DNA of 64,000 nucleotides from Trichoplax sp. H2 (lineage: Eukaryota): contig NOWV01000019.1 in assembly GCA_003344405.1 (NCBI GenBank), positions 744,001-808,000 on the forward strand, given 5' to 3'. Both the position numbers and the translations under genes were made by a program. Positions 24,001 to 39,000 of this stretch are shown here, in pieces. A model generated the notes under the pieces. That model was given only the letters and a program-made list of their open reading frames with translations, searched no databases and was not told the origin of the DNA. How positions within the stretch are numbered: the stretch's first letter is position 1; every line of letters begins with the position of its first letter.

Positions 24001-27000
24001 CTATACTTTAGACAATTTCCTAAATGTTTCATGGACTTCTACGGCTGATGATGTGAATAAGATTATCTATGGGATCGATTACCCTGCAATTCCTGCAGAC
24101 ATCGATGTTTCGGGTATTTTTGAAGAAATGTTAGGCGTCTTGTGGAAGGTAACTTAAATAAATGGTACTTATTCCTGTAAAAAGATATTACTATTTTATA
24201 TCTTGGATTTTAGAGGCTATGTGCCGTTTAAGTTAACTTCTACGATGGCGCACAATATATCGTCAAACTTAGCCAAAATTACGGTATTAAATACATTCAG
24301 AACTAACGATAGACTGTTAGATAGTCAGCAATTTCAATAATGTAATGCGTAGAGCAGTAGCTATTAGTTGTGAGTTTTCAAATTAGTATGAGTGATACAA
24401 CCCAAATATAGTTAAGATTAAGATTACAAGATTGTACGAGAATTAGGAAACTATTCATAGAGGATTATGACAGAACGTATAGTAGTAATTCAATTGAGAT
24501 ATTTATATTAAGATTCTGAGACATAAATAGATTTCACTAAGGTACCGTATACAAGTACAGAGGGATTTAAATTGCAACGCTTTAATTAGAAGCTCGAATT
24601 ATGAATAGATGACATGATAGCAAATTCAGATCCCATCTTGCGTCTTAATTAGAATATGATTGCGGCTAGATAATGCTTGGTAGTTATTCGAAATATCCAG
24701 TTTATGCAATAAATTGACATTTACAAGAAACTATAGTACATGTTTCATTGTTTGAAGGTACTATATCACAGTATTCAATAAGAGCTATATATTATGTATT
24801 GCGATAAACAATACGCAGTATTAATTTACGTGCTATAATTCGAGTGTCCGACCTAAAGTATCATCTTAGTAAGTTAGCATAGGTGTGAAATATTGATTTT
24901 GCGTTAATAAGACAGATGTGACTGGATGCTGTGTGTAACATTAACTAGTATTATAAGAAATTCCATTCCCACCGTCCAGTGTGCCGATTTCACTCGTCTC
25001 AGCATAAATAAATAAATTTATCAGTTTATTTGGACCATCGTATCCGTCTTGACTATTCTACTGAGAAGGTGTTTAATTACAGATATGCGCTCCTGTTATA
25101 GATTTCAGCTCATAAAGAAACTTTATCAGCAGGCCTCTCAAATCTCAGAATATATAGCTATAAGTTTGATGTAATAAATTAAGCTTTATATAGCTGAAAA
25201 TAGAAAACACTTGCTGTTCAGGAATTGAAAACTGACGCATGGCAAATAATCCTTATCCGCATGCGAAAGCTTCATATCGAGTAATTTAATACACAGTAAT
25301 TATCATTATTCTATATGAATAAATTAAAGACTCAAAATATAATAATGCATACATGTACAGTACATTAGCTTTAGCTACTAGTGGAATTTTTCAGCATTGA
25401 AAAAATCTTTGATTTAAACATGAATAATAGCATTTAACATTATATTGTTAACAACGCTGCTATCAATGTATGACGGTATACTATCATGCATATGTATCGT
25501 ATGTATGTCTTATTTAGAACTCTCTTAGTTATTTCTAAAGAAAACTACATTTAGAAAATTTTAGCTTACTGTGCAACAGTTGCCGCAATGATGGCAGCTA
25601 ATAGTAATACACGTAATTAGTAGTTTGAATTTGTATCTAAGAAATCGAAATATATATCTCCTTGGAAATGACAATGTGATAATGCAAACTATAAAAATGA
25701 TTTTCCGTTATTAATAGCCTCTAATACGACATCACCTATCAATCCATTACAGTTAAATACTTTAACAGCATTATGAAGAAGTACGCTTTTAAATTATAGT
25801 AAAAAATATGTCTAATAGATCATAACCCTATCATTTCATAATCAATAAACAATCGCAGAATTTTAAACTTGCAAATATACGATATTAGATGATTTTATAT
25901 TTGTATATTTTAACTTTGACGTTGAATTAATTCTTTCACACTTACAGCTCTTCTAGATTTTGAAAAGTAAAGAAGCAATTAGCTGACAGCGTATAAATTT
26001 TATTCCAGTTCAGATTTCTGTGTGAAATCATTGATTGAAATAATTAGATGGATCAAGAACAGGTAGTATAGTAATCGAACGAACTATTCTAATTGAAATA
26101 GTTGAAGTTCAAAGTAGGTTTGTATCTTAATCTCCCAGCTCGAAGATATCAAAAAGTAATGAAGGTTAATGTTTAGAAATCTAGTTCAAGCTTTTTGTTA
26201 TTTTAAAAAGCATTATAGCTTTAAAAATAACTAAATTTTAGTTTAATTACAGTAGGTTTAACCTAGAATCGTAAGATATTGTAAACTCGACTCCTTTATT
26301 TGGGTTAGAATACTTAAGAATATTCTGTAGTATAATTTTGATAAGAATACTACGATGATAGAATGTAATTTATGCAACATATTTAGCAAGTAAAATACTT
26401 TTGCTATAACTATGATAAAAACTTGTAGCCAATTTTGATTACAAATGTCGTAGAAATAATTTTAATTCGCTATTGAATACAATGTAAACCCAAACGTTTC
26501 GATCTGGGTTCTAATTTAAGATTGTTAGTCTGCCTCGGTCTTTTCTGATAGTTATCGATGTATATAAAGTAGAAGCCGATTTTTATCGAATAGCATCACA
26601 GCCAAACTGAGAGTGAAATTGTCGATCTAGCAAATGTAATTCGTAACTTTATATTAAGTAGAATTTACTTTTCTAATAATTATTCCCATACTGAAATAAT
26701 TGATACTGGTCTACATTATATCTTACAGACAATTTCTTAAACCATATATATAATTTACGTAAGAATTAGCAATTTTAATTCATTCCATAGCACTTATTGA
26801 TCACTAAATAACTTTTTATTTATGATTTATCCTTTATGTATAATCAATCAATCTGTGCTTGGGACTTCCTTCTATACCTTAATTAACAAATTTTACGCTT
26901 TGATCTTCTTATCATCACAGCGTTTACTCTTTACGAGTATAAATGCAGTATTGAAAATCTTTAATTGCATGAAGATTAGTACACTATAAACTACCTGATG

Positions 27001-30000
27001 TACTTTCTAATGTTAATTTAACTCTAATAAAGAATTTAATAAGACATTAATGCCACTAATCAGCAAATAATCCATAAAATCTATCGAAGGTAGATGGCAA
27101 AATATCGCTTTCTTCCAACTATCAACACGAGTATAGTTAGTTCATATTTACGAAGCATTAGTGAATCTGTATAACATTTCCTATGCTTAGTAAATCGAAT
27201 GTTTGCACATGGTTGAAATATAAGCTAGATCAGCTTAACTTACAATACTGCTATGGATTTTCCGAATAATCGAGAGGCATTTCTCAAGCAAATATCAAAG
27301 ATTTCATTGCTGGACATCACCCTGTAGGCATTCATCCAATTAGTAAATACGCCAAGAGTATTATCAAATAAGAAATACCGGTAATTCTTAGACTTGAATT
27401 AAAAAAGCAACACTTGCAATGTTTTCAATTCAGATAGCTTGGCGACACTGGCAAAGTCTTCATTACCGAGGTAATTGTTATCTAAATATCTAGATAAAGA
27501 GTGTGGTAGCAATTGCAGTGTAAGTTAAACTTTAATATAAGATGCATCTACTAATGCCAATTTAACAACCAACAGTACCAAGACCTAGCTGATAATAGAA
27601 CTGAATATGACTATTCTCGATAGTTTTCCCAACTACATCAGGAGAGAAAAACTAAAACGTAGCGTTGTATCTTCGATAACTTTCGCTTAAATTTTCATTT
27701 GCTATGAGTTTTGTATGACATAAAATCCTAATCTTACAAGTGTTGAACAATCGTCAGTAGCGCTAATGATGAAACATTGATATGTCGAATGCCATTCCAG
27801 CCAAGTTTTCTGTACCGTGAGAATATGTATATTTCGTGCCAAAGAAAAAAGAAATACGTTAAGGGATTTGAAGAAAATTTTAAATGATAAAATTCCTTAT
27901 AATGCTATGTGAGCTACTTTTATCTTTCATTAAAGCAACTCACAGGGAATTGATCTCGGACAAGGTACGGAAAAGCTCTATAGGGAATTCACCAATTCCT
28001 AAGCCTTCCAAATTTCTTTGAGTAGCCGTAATTGAATACAAAGTATTTACCGAATATAGTACACCGTATATACTATATTCTATCTATACAATATATTTTA
28101 CAAATTATACAGTACACTCCAACCACTTTAAAATAAGTATTTTATACTTAAAGTCGCTTACATATCGCTGTATTGAGTATTCTTTGACAGCAGCTGGACG
28201 ATTGCTTCTCTTGATAGATTGGTGAAACCTAGGCTGCTATAAATTGTAACATAGATAATGAGCAAGTATTTATTATGCTTTTCACATTTTTGCATGATAT
28301 AGCTAACACCCTATCCCTGGAATAATGATCTAAATATATAGAAGTTAATAAGATGAATTAACCATATTAAAATAAGTATTTGCTGATTTGTTGGAAGTAA
28401 ATGACATCAATACTTCAAAGCAACTAAAACGTTATCCACATATAATTGAATAAAAGATACCACTGAAAGTCTAATTCTAATGTAAAGCGCATAGTTTTGA
28501 ACTTTTGACGTTTATTAAATATTCTGAAAGCGCTTTCTTATACTACATAGTGTTAATACTAAGAATTCGTCATAATTCAAAATATGTTTATATAAGTTTA
28601 CGAGTATAAAGTAAAATTATGACCGTCGAACAATAATTAATTTATAACCCCGCAATGTTATCTATAATTATGATTATGAATAAGAAAAATAGCACCAAAA
28701 GTATCATTTTGTAAACTTAGATTAGAAAGAAAATTTAATTGATTACAAGCTACAATGTAAAGTAGATTTACTAGGTCAATGTACTAATGGAAGGATTTTT
28801 AGTTATCTTGTGTATAAACCCTATCTTAGATTATTATCAGCAATTGAATACTACTGTACAGTTATTCATTCTCGGAAGTTTTGATATTACATAAGGTCAG
28901 AAAATACTTAATGTACTTTAAAATCTATTTTATCACTTTCTACTATGATTTACCGTATCTACATTTTTAAAATCAGCTAGATAAATACTTTTATCTCTTA
29001 CATCGATTTCAGGGTACTTTTGTTTCTTATTGCTGTTATATTTAATCCAATTAGATTGTTGCTATCTAGTTTTCTGAAATCATAGTAAAGTAATATTCTT
29101 TGGTAGTCCATTTCCACATATTTTTTACATCATAGTCGAGTCCTGCTACATTTTACAATGCTGAAACATTTATATGTACATAGTTTGCAATTTGGGAATT
29201 CTTCTCATGAAATGCCGGTTAATAGTTGAAGCAGTGAAATTGCAATGCTGTAGTTCTCTACAAATTAAAAATAGTTATGAAATGCATAAATAAGATATTA
29301 TCATAAAATGATACATGATACAAGACAAGATATTGAACAGTAAGACTAGGAATGCTTTTCAATAAGCAATGCAGTGTTACATGTAATAATCACAGTATCC
29401 TTAAACTTTTATCTCTAAACTCTACGAATTTTGGACATTATAATAATACTTATTTTGAGGAAATCTCGGAAAGATAGAAGAAAGTAAGGTACCATAATAT
29501 CGTTATTTTTTTAACTTATAACATATAGGTGATGATATTTTAGGCCGCTAACGCAAACAGTGAATTAAATATTATTTAACAATATGACATCACAAATAAA
29601 TCCGCTGTCATTGCAATTGCATTAGCGAAAGAAATTTCAAATAATCAATTCTCTTGGAAAAATTTGATTTTGTAAGAAGAATCTGAAACGAGGCAACAAA
29701 ATCTAGACTGTCACGGTAATTTGCGATATCTTGCTTACTATGAAATTAATAATGGCCTTAAAATGCATAAAAAGGTGCCAATCAGAATAACTGTAAGCGC
29801 TTAATACTCTAATTAATACCGAAAAGCTATAGTCGGTATGAATTTCGCTGCAAAGCTTTATTAATATTCCTAAAGAAATTGAAATGCGTTCGTATTACGG
29901 TAACTATAATCAGTTATATCTATTTGCACTATATAATATCTTACGACTCATAACTGTTTTAATATGCTGACGATAACATCTTAGTTATTAAAACCCTTAG

Positions 30001-33000
30001 CGTAAGACGCAAACTATATAGTAGCTTTATTCTTTTGGCAACTAACACAATCAGCCATTTTAAAATATCCGTTCAAATATCGTTGAAGCACTTCTATTAT
30101 CAATTTCCTCTCATATTTAGCTCGGAAAAGCCGAAAATTATGAAGATATTGGTAAAAAAAAGAGCTTCCTGCAATAGCGGCTTACAAATTACAATAATAC
30201 TTCGCTGTCTTTCAGTCAATAAGTCAACGCAACGTTGCTGTATTTAATATTGAACTATTTTATGTTATATATATACCTATATATATAGTATTTAAGACTT
30301 CATACGATTAAACTCAGAGAGAATCTTGCTTATGAAGTTAAATTTAATTGTATATAATACTGCTAAACAATTATTGTAATTATTACAAATGTGAGAGGGC
30401 GATAAGATGTTCAGAATTGACAAAATCAACTGATTGCAATAATCTATTTTCATTGATGTACCTATCCAATAAAATAAAAATTAAGTGTAAAATATGAAAT
30501 TTAGAAATTAACAGGATCTAAGAGATTATTCAACTCTTACAAATGCGATAGGTGTTTTAGAGAATGAAATGCCTCTCGTGGTAATTGCTTAAAGAGATTG
30601 TTGCTAATATCACTGAAATAAAGAATCTTTTATTAGGATTATACTGATAAATATTTTACGTCTACAGATTTAGTTTATGCTGAAAAATTAATTGTTTTAC
30701 AGTTCTTCAAAAGATACACTAAAGGTTAAAATGAACATTTAATAAAGTTGATACTACTAGTTAGAATTTTCTTAATAAAATATTTTTAAATTTTGTCGTA
30801 AAACGAACAGAGAATATAGTCGATATATTTCATTGAAAGCGAAATGGGGAAGGAGTTCAATTCGGTTACTTGCAAAATTCCTGCAAATTAGGATTAAAAT
30901 ACTAAGTGTTATACAACATGCAAAAAGGAGCCAAACTGCATGCCTGTAGTTCATACAGAGCCTTACTTCAGTTAAAGAACTATCTATAAGCAGTACATAA
31001 TGCAATTGTGGCTTTCAGTCTCAAGAAATACACATTCCTTAGAGAAAATGAATTTCAAATGTACATTTCCAGGACTAACTCTAACGTAATAATGATATGT
31101 TACAGAATCATAATCTTCGATAATGTGATTTAGTTATTCTTACAAAATTTCGACATATGGTATCCTTGTAAAAAGTTGGACGGGTATCTCAGACATTAAA
31201 TTACCGCGGAGATAACTAAGATGATAAAAGATAATTAAGTCATTTAATGACGATCAAAATTGTACTTCTAGTAAATAGTAATTTTTTATTAGATTTAACA
31301 ATAAAAAATAGAAACGCAATGATAATCGAACTCAGCCCAAAGCATTATGCTTGGATAACATAAGCTCAATTTACCTTGCTTTAGCAATACTTATACGATT
31401 ATAAATTTTAAAAGATTTTATGTTTAAGGATACTGGAAATTCAAAGTTCCCATTATTACGCTGCTGCATAATAATTTACATCTGAATTTCTAGAAATATG
31501 GAACATTGAAGTCATAATTCATATCGCAAGATAGACTAATAGGAATATAGTAGGATATGATTGTCAGTTAATATAGTTACATTACGCGATAAGATCTTAC
31601 ACAGCAAATCCTGCAAATAAAATTGTATCGTGCTGCTTTCAAGGAAGCAAAGGAGCTTAGCGCTACTAGTAGGGAGCTTTATAGAAGAGCATCTTTTGCG
31701 GTATCATAGTGCTCTTGTTTTCATCTTAATTTCTTAAATAAATTAATGTAGCGATTCAGATGAGCCAAATGTGCTACTTAGGATATACGTAAACACATTG
31801 TCTTAGTAATTGATGTCTTAGTAATTGATGCTCTTCATGAGACCACTTACGAGATAGATTATATGCTTTATTTTGAAATAGTCTAACTAATCTTACTAAC
31901 TTTTATTCCTCAAGAGAAATCCTTACATACTTTATAAGATCTATTCATATTGCGTATTTTAATTTGTCGAATGGCCTAGAGAATGCTAGAAAAAATGGGC
32001 GCATTTCTTAACGTCCAGAATTCTTGAAATCTCCCCTTACTGTACTCTGTATTTTTATCTTAAAAAACGTGGTTATCCCTTTTCTCCGCCTACTTCTTTA
32101 CAGGCCTTAATTACTGTGTTCTAATACTTTTTCCAAAGAACTAGTTGTAACACTAAGTTATCCAAAAGTTGTAGGCAACAACTATACTGGAACTACATCT
32201 TACAAAATGAATTTCAGGGGCAAGTAGCCTTACCTCAAGCATAAAATAGAGTGTGTCGATAAGTATACTTACAGTTTACGTAAGGAAGATAATTTTCCAA
32301 AAGTTTCACCATGGATATATCGAATTTTGTTCTCAGATAAGTCGCTTACAGTTTAAATTTCCCGAAATATGATATTGCAAATGATGTTATTAGTATTAAG
32401 TAACGAAAAATGAATGTTAATGTTGTAATTCTTAATAAATACATCCTCTCCAAAGGTGCCAAACTTGAGAACAAATTTGATCCCAAATATTCTAATTTGT
32501 TGTAGCTTAAATCCCTGTTTTCCATGACATTAAGTTTTTACCATGATATAATGTTAGAATTTTAGTTTTATCTTAAGATCCTCTAAAAGAATCTTTGCGA
32601 AACGTTGTAAAATATTGATACATATTCAGGCGTAACATTTTTGACTTACAAACTTTTCAGCGCGTGATTGTAACTAAAACTGTTGGGTTTAATTTCTGAA
32701 ATCTCATTATGATCCAAGGCACTAATACATTATGTAAATACAATTTAAAAATTGGTTATTTGGCGACGTTAATCCAGTAGACACTAAATGTAGATTTGCT
32801 TTTAAATATTTTTGGCAAGCTTTAAGTAATACATACAGCTGCATAACGTACTGACAGCCGGATAACTGCGAGCTAGTAATGGTCCTAAGTCGATTAGAGC
32901 TAAAAGCTCTTTGATACATATATCAGAGATGTAAATTTCATAATATACTATAAATCTTTCAAAAATTTTGTGGATAATTTACTATACTCTATAGTCAGCT

Positions 33001-36000
33001 CACATAAATCGAAGTATTGTTCCATTGCACAAACCATCAGGTATCCGAAAGATAGAATTTCTTGATACATTTCTAAAATTGTTAATAGTTTATTTCACAT
33101 TACCATATAACTACCGTATTCATAAAGCACTGCCTTGCAAGTAAGATGACCATGACTTTTTTAAATAACTGTCACATAGTAATAGAGGATATTAATTTAT
33201 TTTTTAAATGAGTAATTAAGCTTTGATTCCCTCGAAAGAAATCAAAGTAGCTTAGAATTAAAAACTTACAGATAATCTAAATTAGCACATTTATCAAAAA
33301 ACCCTTCGTCTATTGTAGATATTCGATTATTGTATAGTTCCCTAAGTATTGAAGAAAAGAGCTTGCTTTAGTTACAAATAAAGGCAATAACTGTGGTAGA
33401 AAAAACTTCCAGTAGACCAATTTGAAAGTACGCATTGGTAAATATACCCATATTCTATTATTTTATAATTATTAGCTTAGCTATTGACTTCAAATCTGTA
33501 AATTAACATGAACATAAATGGGTACGCAATAGTATCTCCATATCATTGATTTTATATCTAGTTTAGAGTATTTTATAATAAAGAATGTGAAATTCGAATA
33601 GTCAATACTAACAGTTTCCAAAGTGCAATTTTATTCTGCTGGCGAGAATTTTTCAATTTAGTGATGTAGTTAAAATTAGCAGATCTATTTATTCCGAACA
33701 AATATCAGAATTCAATCAAAAAATTACAAGGTGCACAAGTTAAATATTTAGTAATTCAATTTAATAATAAGAATACGTCTGTAAGCCAATTAATTATCCA
33801 GCAATGGTATTAAAAATTTTTGGCAATGATTTTGTTACAACATTTAAAGCTATTATGTTAATGTTTTGTTTAATGAGCCAAAATAAGTAAAATTGCATTT
33901 GTAGAAAAGCTTCAAGCACCAATACCCACAATATTATAGTTTTCGTTGAATTATGAAATACGCCTATGTCTATTTCCGACAATCCATTAATTGATAAATT
34001 TCTAGAATAACGCAAAGAATAATTACAGATATTAATAATACACTTTGATCAATTCTAGTTTTTAATCAATACACGTGCAGTATTTATGTACAGGATACGC
34101 CTCTCAATTGCTCTTGGCGCAAGTCATGCACTACTATCTATAAAATAAAGAGATCACAACGATATATCGAATTCTAATTTCAGATATATCAAGATCAAGC
34201 CTATTTTATGATCATTTTCCCGAATTTCCACCTCGCTAAGACCATAGTAATCATTATATGTATGAAAACCGCTAACTGAATTCACGAAATTATTATACCA
34301 AATTTTTATAGTGATTAATTTAATAACAACTTCGGTGTTTCATGTTACTTCTGGTACCGTATTTGACAAATCTGAAATTGCCAATTTATTTTTAAACTGC
34401 TTCAGCAAAGATGAATAAAATTTGCAAAATAATGACTTACAGTACTCTTAGATGCAGAAAATCATTGAATAATCCAACATGGATATCTCTTATTAGGTTA
34501 TTCCGCATTTCTCTAAATTCAGATAAAGCAGTAAAAAGAGTCCTTCTGTAAATGTTTCAGCACGTTTTTTCTTACGAAATTAATCTGTATTAATTACCTT
34601 CTAAACACTACTGGGGCATTATTATGATCAAACTACAGGCAACTTCACCTATTTCTTTATTGGTTTATATACAGCGCCCACATTTTATATCTATTTTTAC
34701 AATTTCTCTTACTTATGTGATTACTTCCGACCTTTTTTTATTACTTGTAATTGTAAAAGACAAATACACTTACAGCCGAAGCACTTTCCGAAATCCGATC
34801 AATTGCGAAGGCTTTAACTCTCGAAAACTTGATTTTAGACAATATCTAGTCATTAACAAAATAGTCTTTCAAAGGCAATTTCCTTAATAACTCTTGGTCG
34901 ACTAATTGAAGTCATATTTATAAGATAAGCTTTCAATTAATTAGTATTTAGGACGATTACTAAATATATTACAGCGATTTAATTCTGGAAAGATTAAAAA
35001 ACCGAAGATAATCTGGACTCAAATTATTGCCATTAAGTATCCTATATAAATTAAAATTTTAAATATAATCAAATTAGAGATTGAACCCCGACCATGTTAT
35101 TATGCGTGAAGAAATATTAGCACTGAAATGTCTTCTTGAATACAAGTACGTTTCATAAATGCAATGTCATTGCCTTTTGTACTGTAAATCTATCTGTATA
35201 AAACATACAAATGTTCTAAATTTCTAAGTTTCGGCAGAGTAGAATTTTGCTCCTTCAATATAATCTTTTCTAGCTGATTCCATCCTAAATGCCTAAAACG
35301 ATTATAATCAATATTTATAAATATATTATCATCGCAGTTCAATCTGCCTGCAAATTTATATGTTACAACACAAAAGGGATCCTTTAGATCCAGCCATAGC
35401 TAGATATTGTTTGTAGCAATAATAAGCTATTTATTATGCTACTGCTAAGCAATGCTATACTTTTCTTAAAGGCTCATAAGCAGCACTGAAATCGAACAGA
35501 ATACTTTTAGTTCTTTCAAGAGTTTTGAAATTCTGTCATTTATTACATTTTCTTTAAATAATGAGAAGTAGCATTGTAACAAAACTTAGAATTGTGATTG
35601 TAGACTTTTAGCTATGTTAGTAAGATGTACGGAAACGTAACTTTCTATATTTATCTTGAGATGTATTTGGGAGTTCGCTACTATGGACTGTAATGGTAGA
35701 TTCTATGCTATAGTACAGATGATTATATATAGTAAGATGTTGAGTTACTATTAAGGCTAGAGGTAAAAATAGAGCCGTAATTCATATATTAGGATATGCT
35801 TAGTTTACCGTACTTCAACTGCTAAGAATAATATCTGCGAAAATACTGTAGTTGTTTCCATATCGGATTAATGATGGTCCGCTGTAAAATATTGTCACGA
35901 ATAATAAATTGACTATGCGTAAATTAAGGTAGAATGTTACATGCTGATTGTGGTAGTAGCTGCTACGAAATGAATAAATATAAGCTGGCAACTTCAGACT

Positions 36001-39000
36001 ATTCAGTTCGTTTTTTCTAGAAGTCCTTAAATCGTTGTATTCGACTAGAGTAGAGCCGTGTGTAGCTAGTCTTCGTCTTAGATCTTATAAAGTTCTTATT
36101 TTCTACAATTTTAAAATTTTCGCGACTGGATTTTATCACAGATATTCAATAGAATGATTGATTCAATGAAATTTCCAAGATAATCTCAGTCTTACAACTT
36201 TAAATATTTATTTAATTGTGACGTATTTTTACAAAACATTTGACGACGATACTAGAATCGGTTGTTCATTAAAATATTGTACAGTCAATTAGCTTAGTAA
36301 ATCAAGAATGAGCAGTGGTAAGATTAACTTAGCAAAATTCTTGTTATAATAATGCTAGCATGTAAAGCTGCCATCGATTGCTTAGCACATAGTTAATTTT
36401 GAATAGTGTGGAAGATTAATATATGTTAGGTACAAATTGCTGAGAGATGTAAAATGTTAAAGATATAAATTGTCATCAGGTAATAAATTGACCGCTGTTG
36501 TCACCCGTAGTATGAAATGCCCAGTATATTGACTGAAGTCTTGTTTGTACTTAACGAGGGTGCTAAATTGCGTTAAAGTAGTTGACTGGTATTGCGTTTA
36601 TGTTTGATTAATACACTTTTAATATTAGGCAAAAATTTTTCAATAAAGTTAATTTCAACTACTTGCTGTTCTTCAAATTATGATACTAGTTATCTATGAC
36701 AAACTCACAATAATTTTAGCGAAGGCGCTATGGCAAAATCATTCAAACTAACTGTTGTCAATTCATTACCATCCAGGAAGCTACATACAATTAAAAAAAA
36801 AACAGTTTATTAATTTGGCGACAAATACCTATTAATAATGGAAAGTCTGTCTATTAACTAGCATGGCAAGTTTTATTCTGTAACATATTAAATCTGAGGC
36901 AATTTCATCTCTTCTCTTGATGCTATATGTGAACTATGCTCGTGAATGCATTTATGTGAATACTAGTATAAAGAAAAACTTAAGTCAGATAAAGTTGAGG
37001 TAAATGCCGAATTTTTTATCTAATACCGCAGTATATTGATATACATTATGATGATCTTCTAGGAAAGAGAAGTTAATAACAATTCGTTTAAAATCTTACA
37101 TGATTAGCAAAAGATAATTTAATGTATTATCAATTGAACTCTAACGGTTACTATATTGTGCAAGATTTAAGATTATAGCCTAAATGATATTAATACAGGA
37201 AATATCAGGCCTTATAAATCAGCCTTGAAACTAATTACATTCTCTCTAATCGTATTAAGCCAGCAAATGTGTTCGTATTGACAGATAGTAATCGATTGCT
37301 GCTTAGATATCTGTTAGAAAAATGATTTAAAGGTATATCAGCATACGATGTAATTTATTAATACTATAAATTCAAATCAGAAATGACTGGGTCAATAGAT
37401 TTTAGTTGGAGTGGACTTACAAATATTTCAGACTGGATAACGTCCAGAAAGAATAATCTTCAATGGCTTCAATTACATTAAATGTTAAATTTCTATTAGA
37501 AGAAGAAATAAAAATCGGTTTCTGCAATATTTTTCTGCATTATTTACAGAAACAAATTGAACCTTCTTTAGTAATAATAACAATTGGAACATTATTTCTA
37601 TGCAGTATCTATTGTTATAACGATTAAGCCAAGATAATTAATTATGCTATCAGATATCTTGATCACAATGCAGGAGCTTTTTATTAAATTACTGAATTCT
37701 AACCCTAACCCTAACTCCTTGGCGCTATTACTTTTAGAAACCATCTGCTTAGCATTTCACTATTGATGTTAGCTAAAATTTATTAGGCTATAACTAGAAT
37801 ATTATAGAACTCAAAATACTGAATTTCATAGAACAGTTTAAACTCGGTGTTACAAAAATCTCTGCAAAAGAGTATTCTAGCGGTGTACTTTTTAGCTTAA
37901 ATTCGAATGAATCAACAGAAATTGGGGTTATAGGAAATAAAGATGCATGGATATCAACTAGTGGCCTCTTTAGAGACAAAATTCTGTAATTGAAAATATT
38001 CCGGTCAAAATTTCTCTTTAAATCGTAGCTTTACGATATAGTTACTATCACACTCCAAATTGCTCATACATAGGAACTGTTACAGATTTTTGCGTAAATT
38101 TTTAAACAATCGCACGACTTTGGTACTTGCAAAGACTATTACAAAATGTACTAATTCACACCAAATTTTTAATTATCAAATAAATAAAGTAAGCTTACAA
38201 ATTTTGCAATTGCCTTAGGCCATTGAATTGATTCACATTAATTTGATTCAGAAAATTTCCAGATAATAACCTAAAAATATTATATCATATTAATTTTAGG
38301 CACCACTGCTTAGACTTAACTTAAATGCAATTTATTATTTTAAACGAAGTTCTGATGTTACGATTGTTATCGAGGTTAACTTACAATGTCTGCAACTGCG
38401 GCATTGAAGCAAAGGCACTGTCTCCCAAGCTAATAATTTTATTATGCTCTAGTTGTCTTTATTGAATATTACAAATATTAAACGATATGCGCTTTTGCAC
38501 GGATATTGAATGAGGTTTATTCTTGTACAAAATATTAAAGAACTAGACAAGATTCACAAATTTTTGCAATTACGTAGCTATCATTAGACAACGCTTAAAC
38601 TTACAAATTTGCTAAGGAAGGCAATAAAGGAAAACTACTATTTTTGATAGTTGAGATATTGCCATTATTCATAAACCTGTAACGTAGGCCGTAATCGATG
38701 ATTCAGCAAAAGTGTGATAAAAGCCGCATTTTTTAATAAACTTCCTTTAAATAAAGATGCTTCAAATAAATATAGAATGCAAACATCATAGCAGCATTCT
38801 ACAATGTGATAGAAAGTAGGTGTAAGAAATAACAAAACTCCTCTTAAATGCCAGTAATTTACACCTCGAATTTTTAGAATCATCTACTAACCTTGGGTCC
38901 AATAAGATCGTATTAAAGCAACTAAGTTTAACTACGTCATTCCTAGATATTACATATCGGCTGGGTTGTATGTCAATTGGTAACGATCCATATAGTTCTG

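Noticed and set aside
37699-37716. Telomere-like CTAACCCTAACCCTAAC
   Set aside because: Fewer than three units; compatible with chance.
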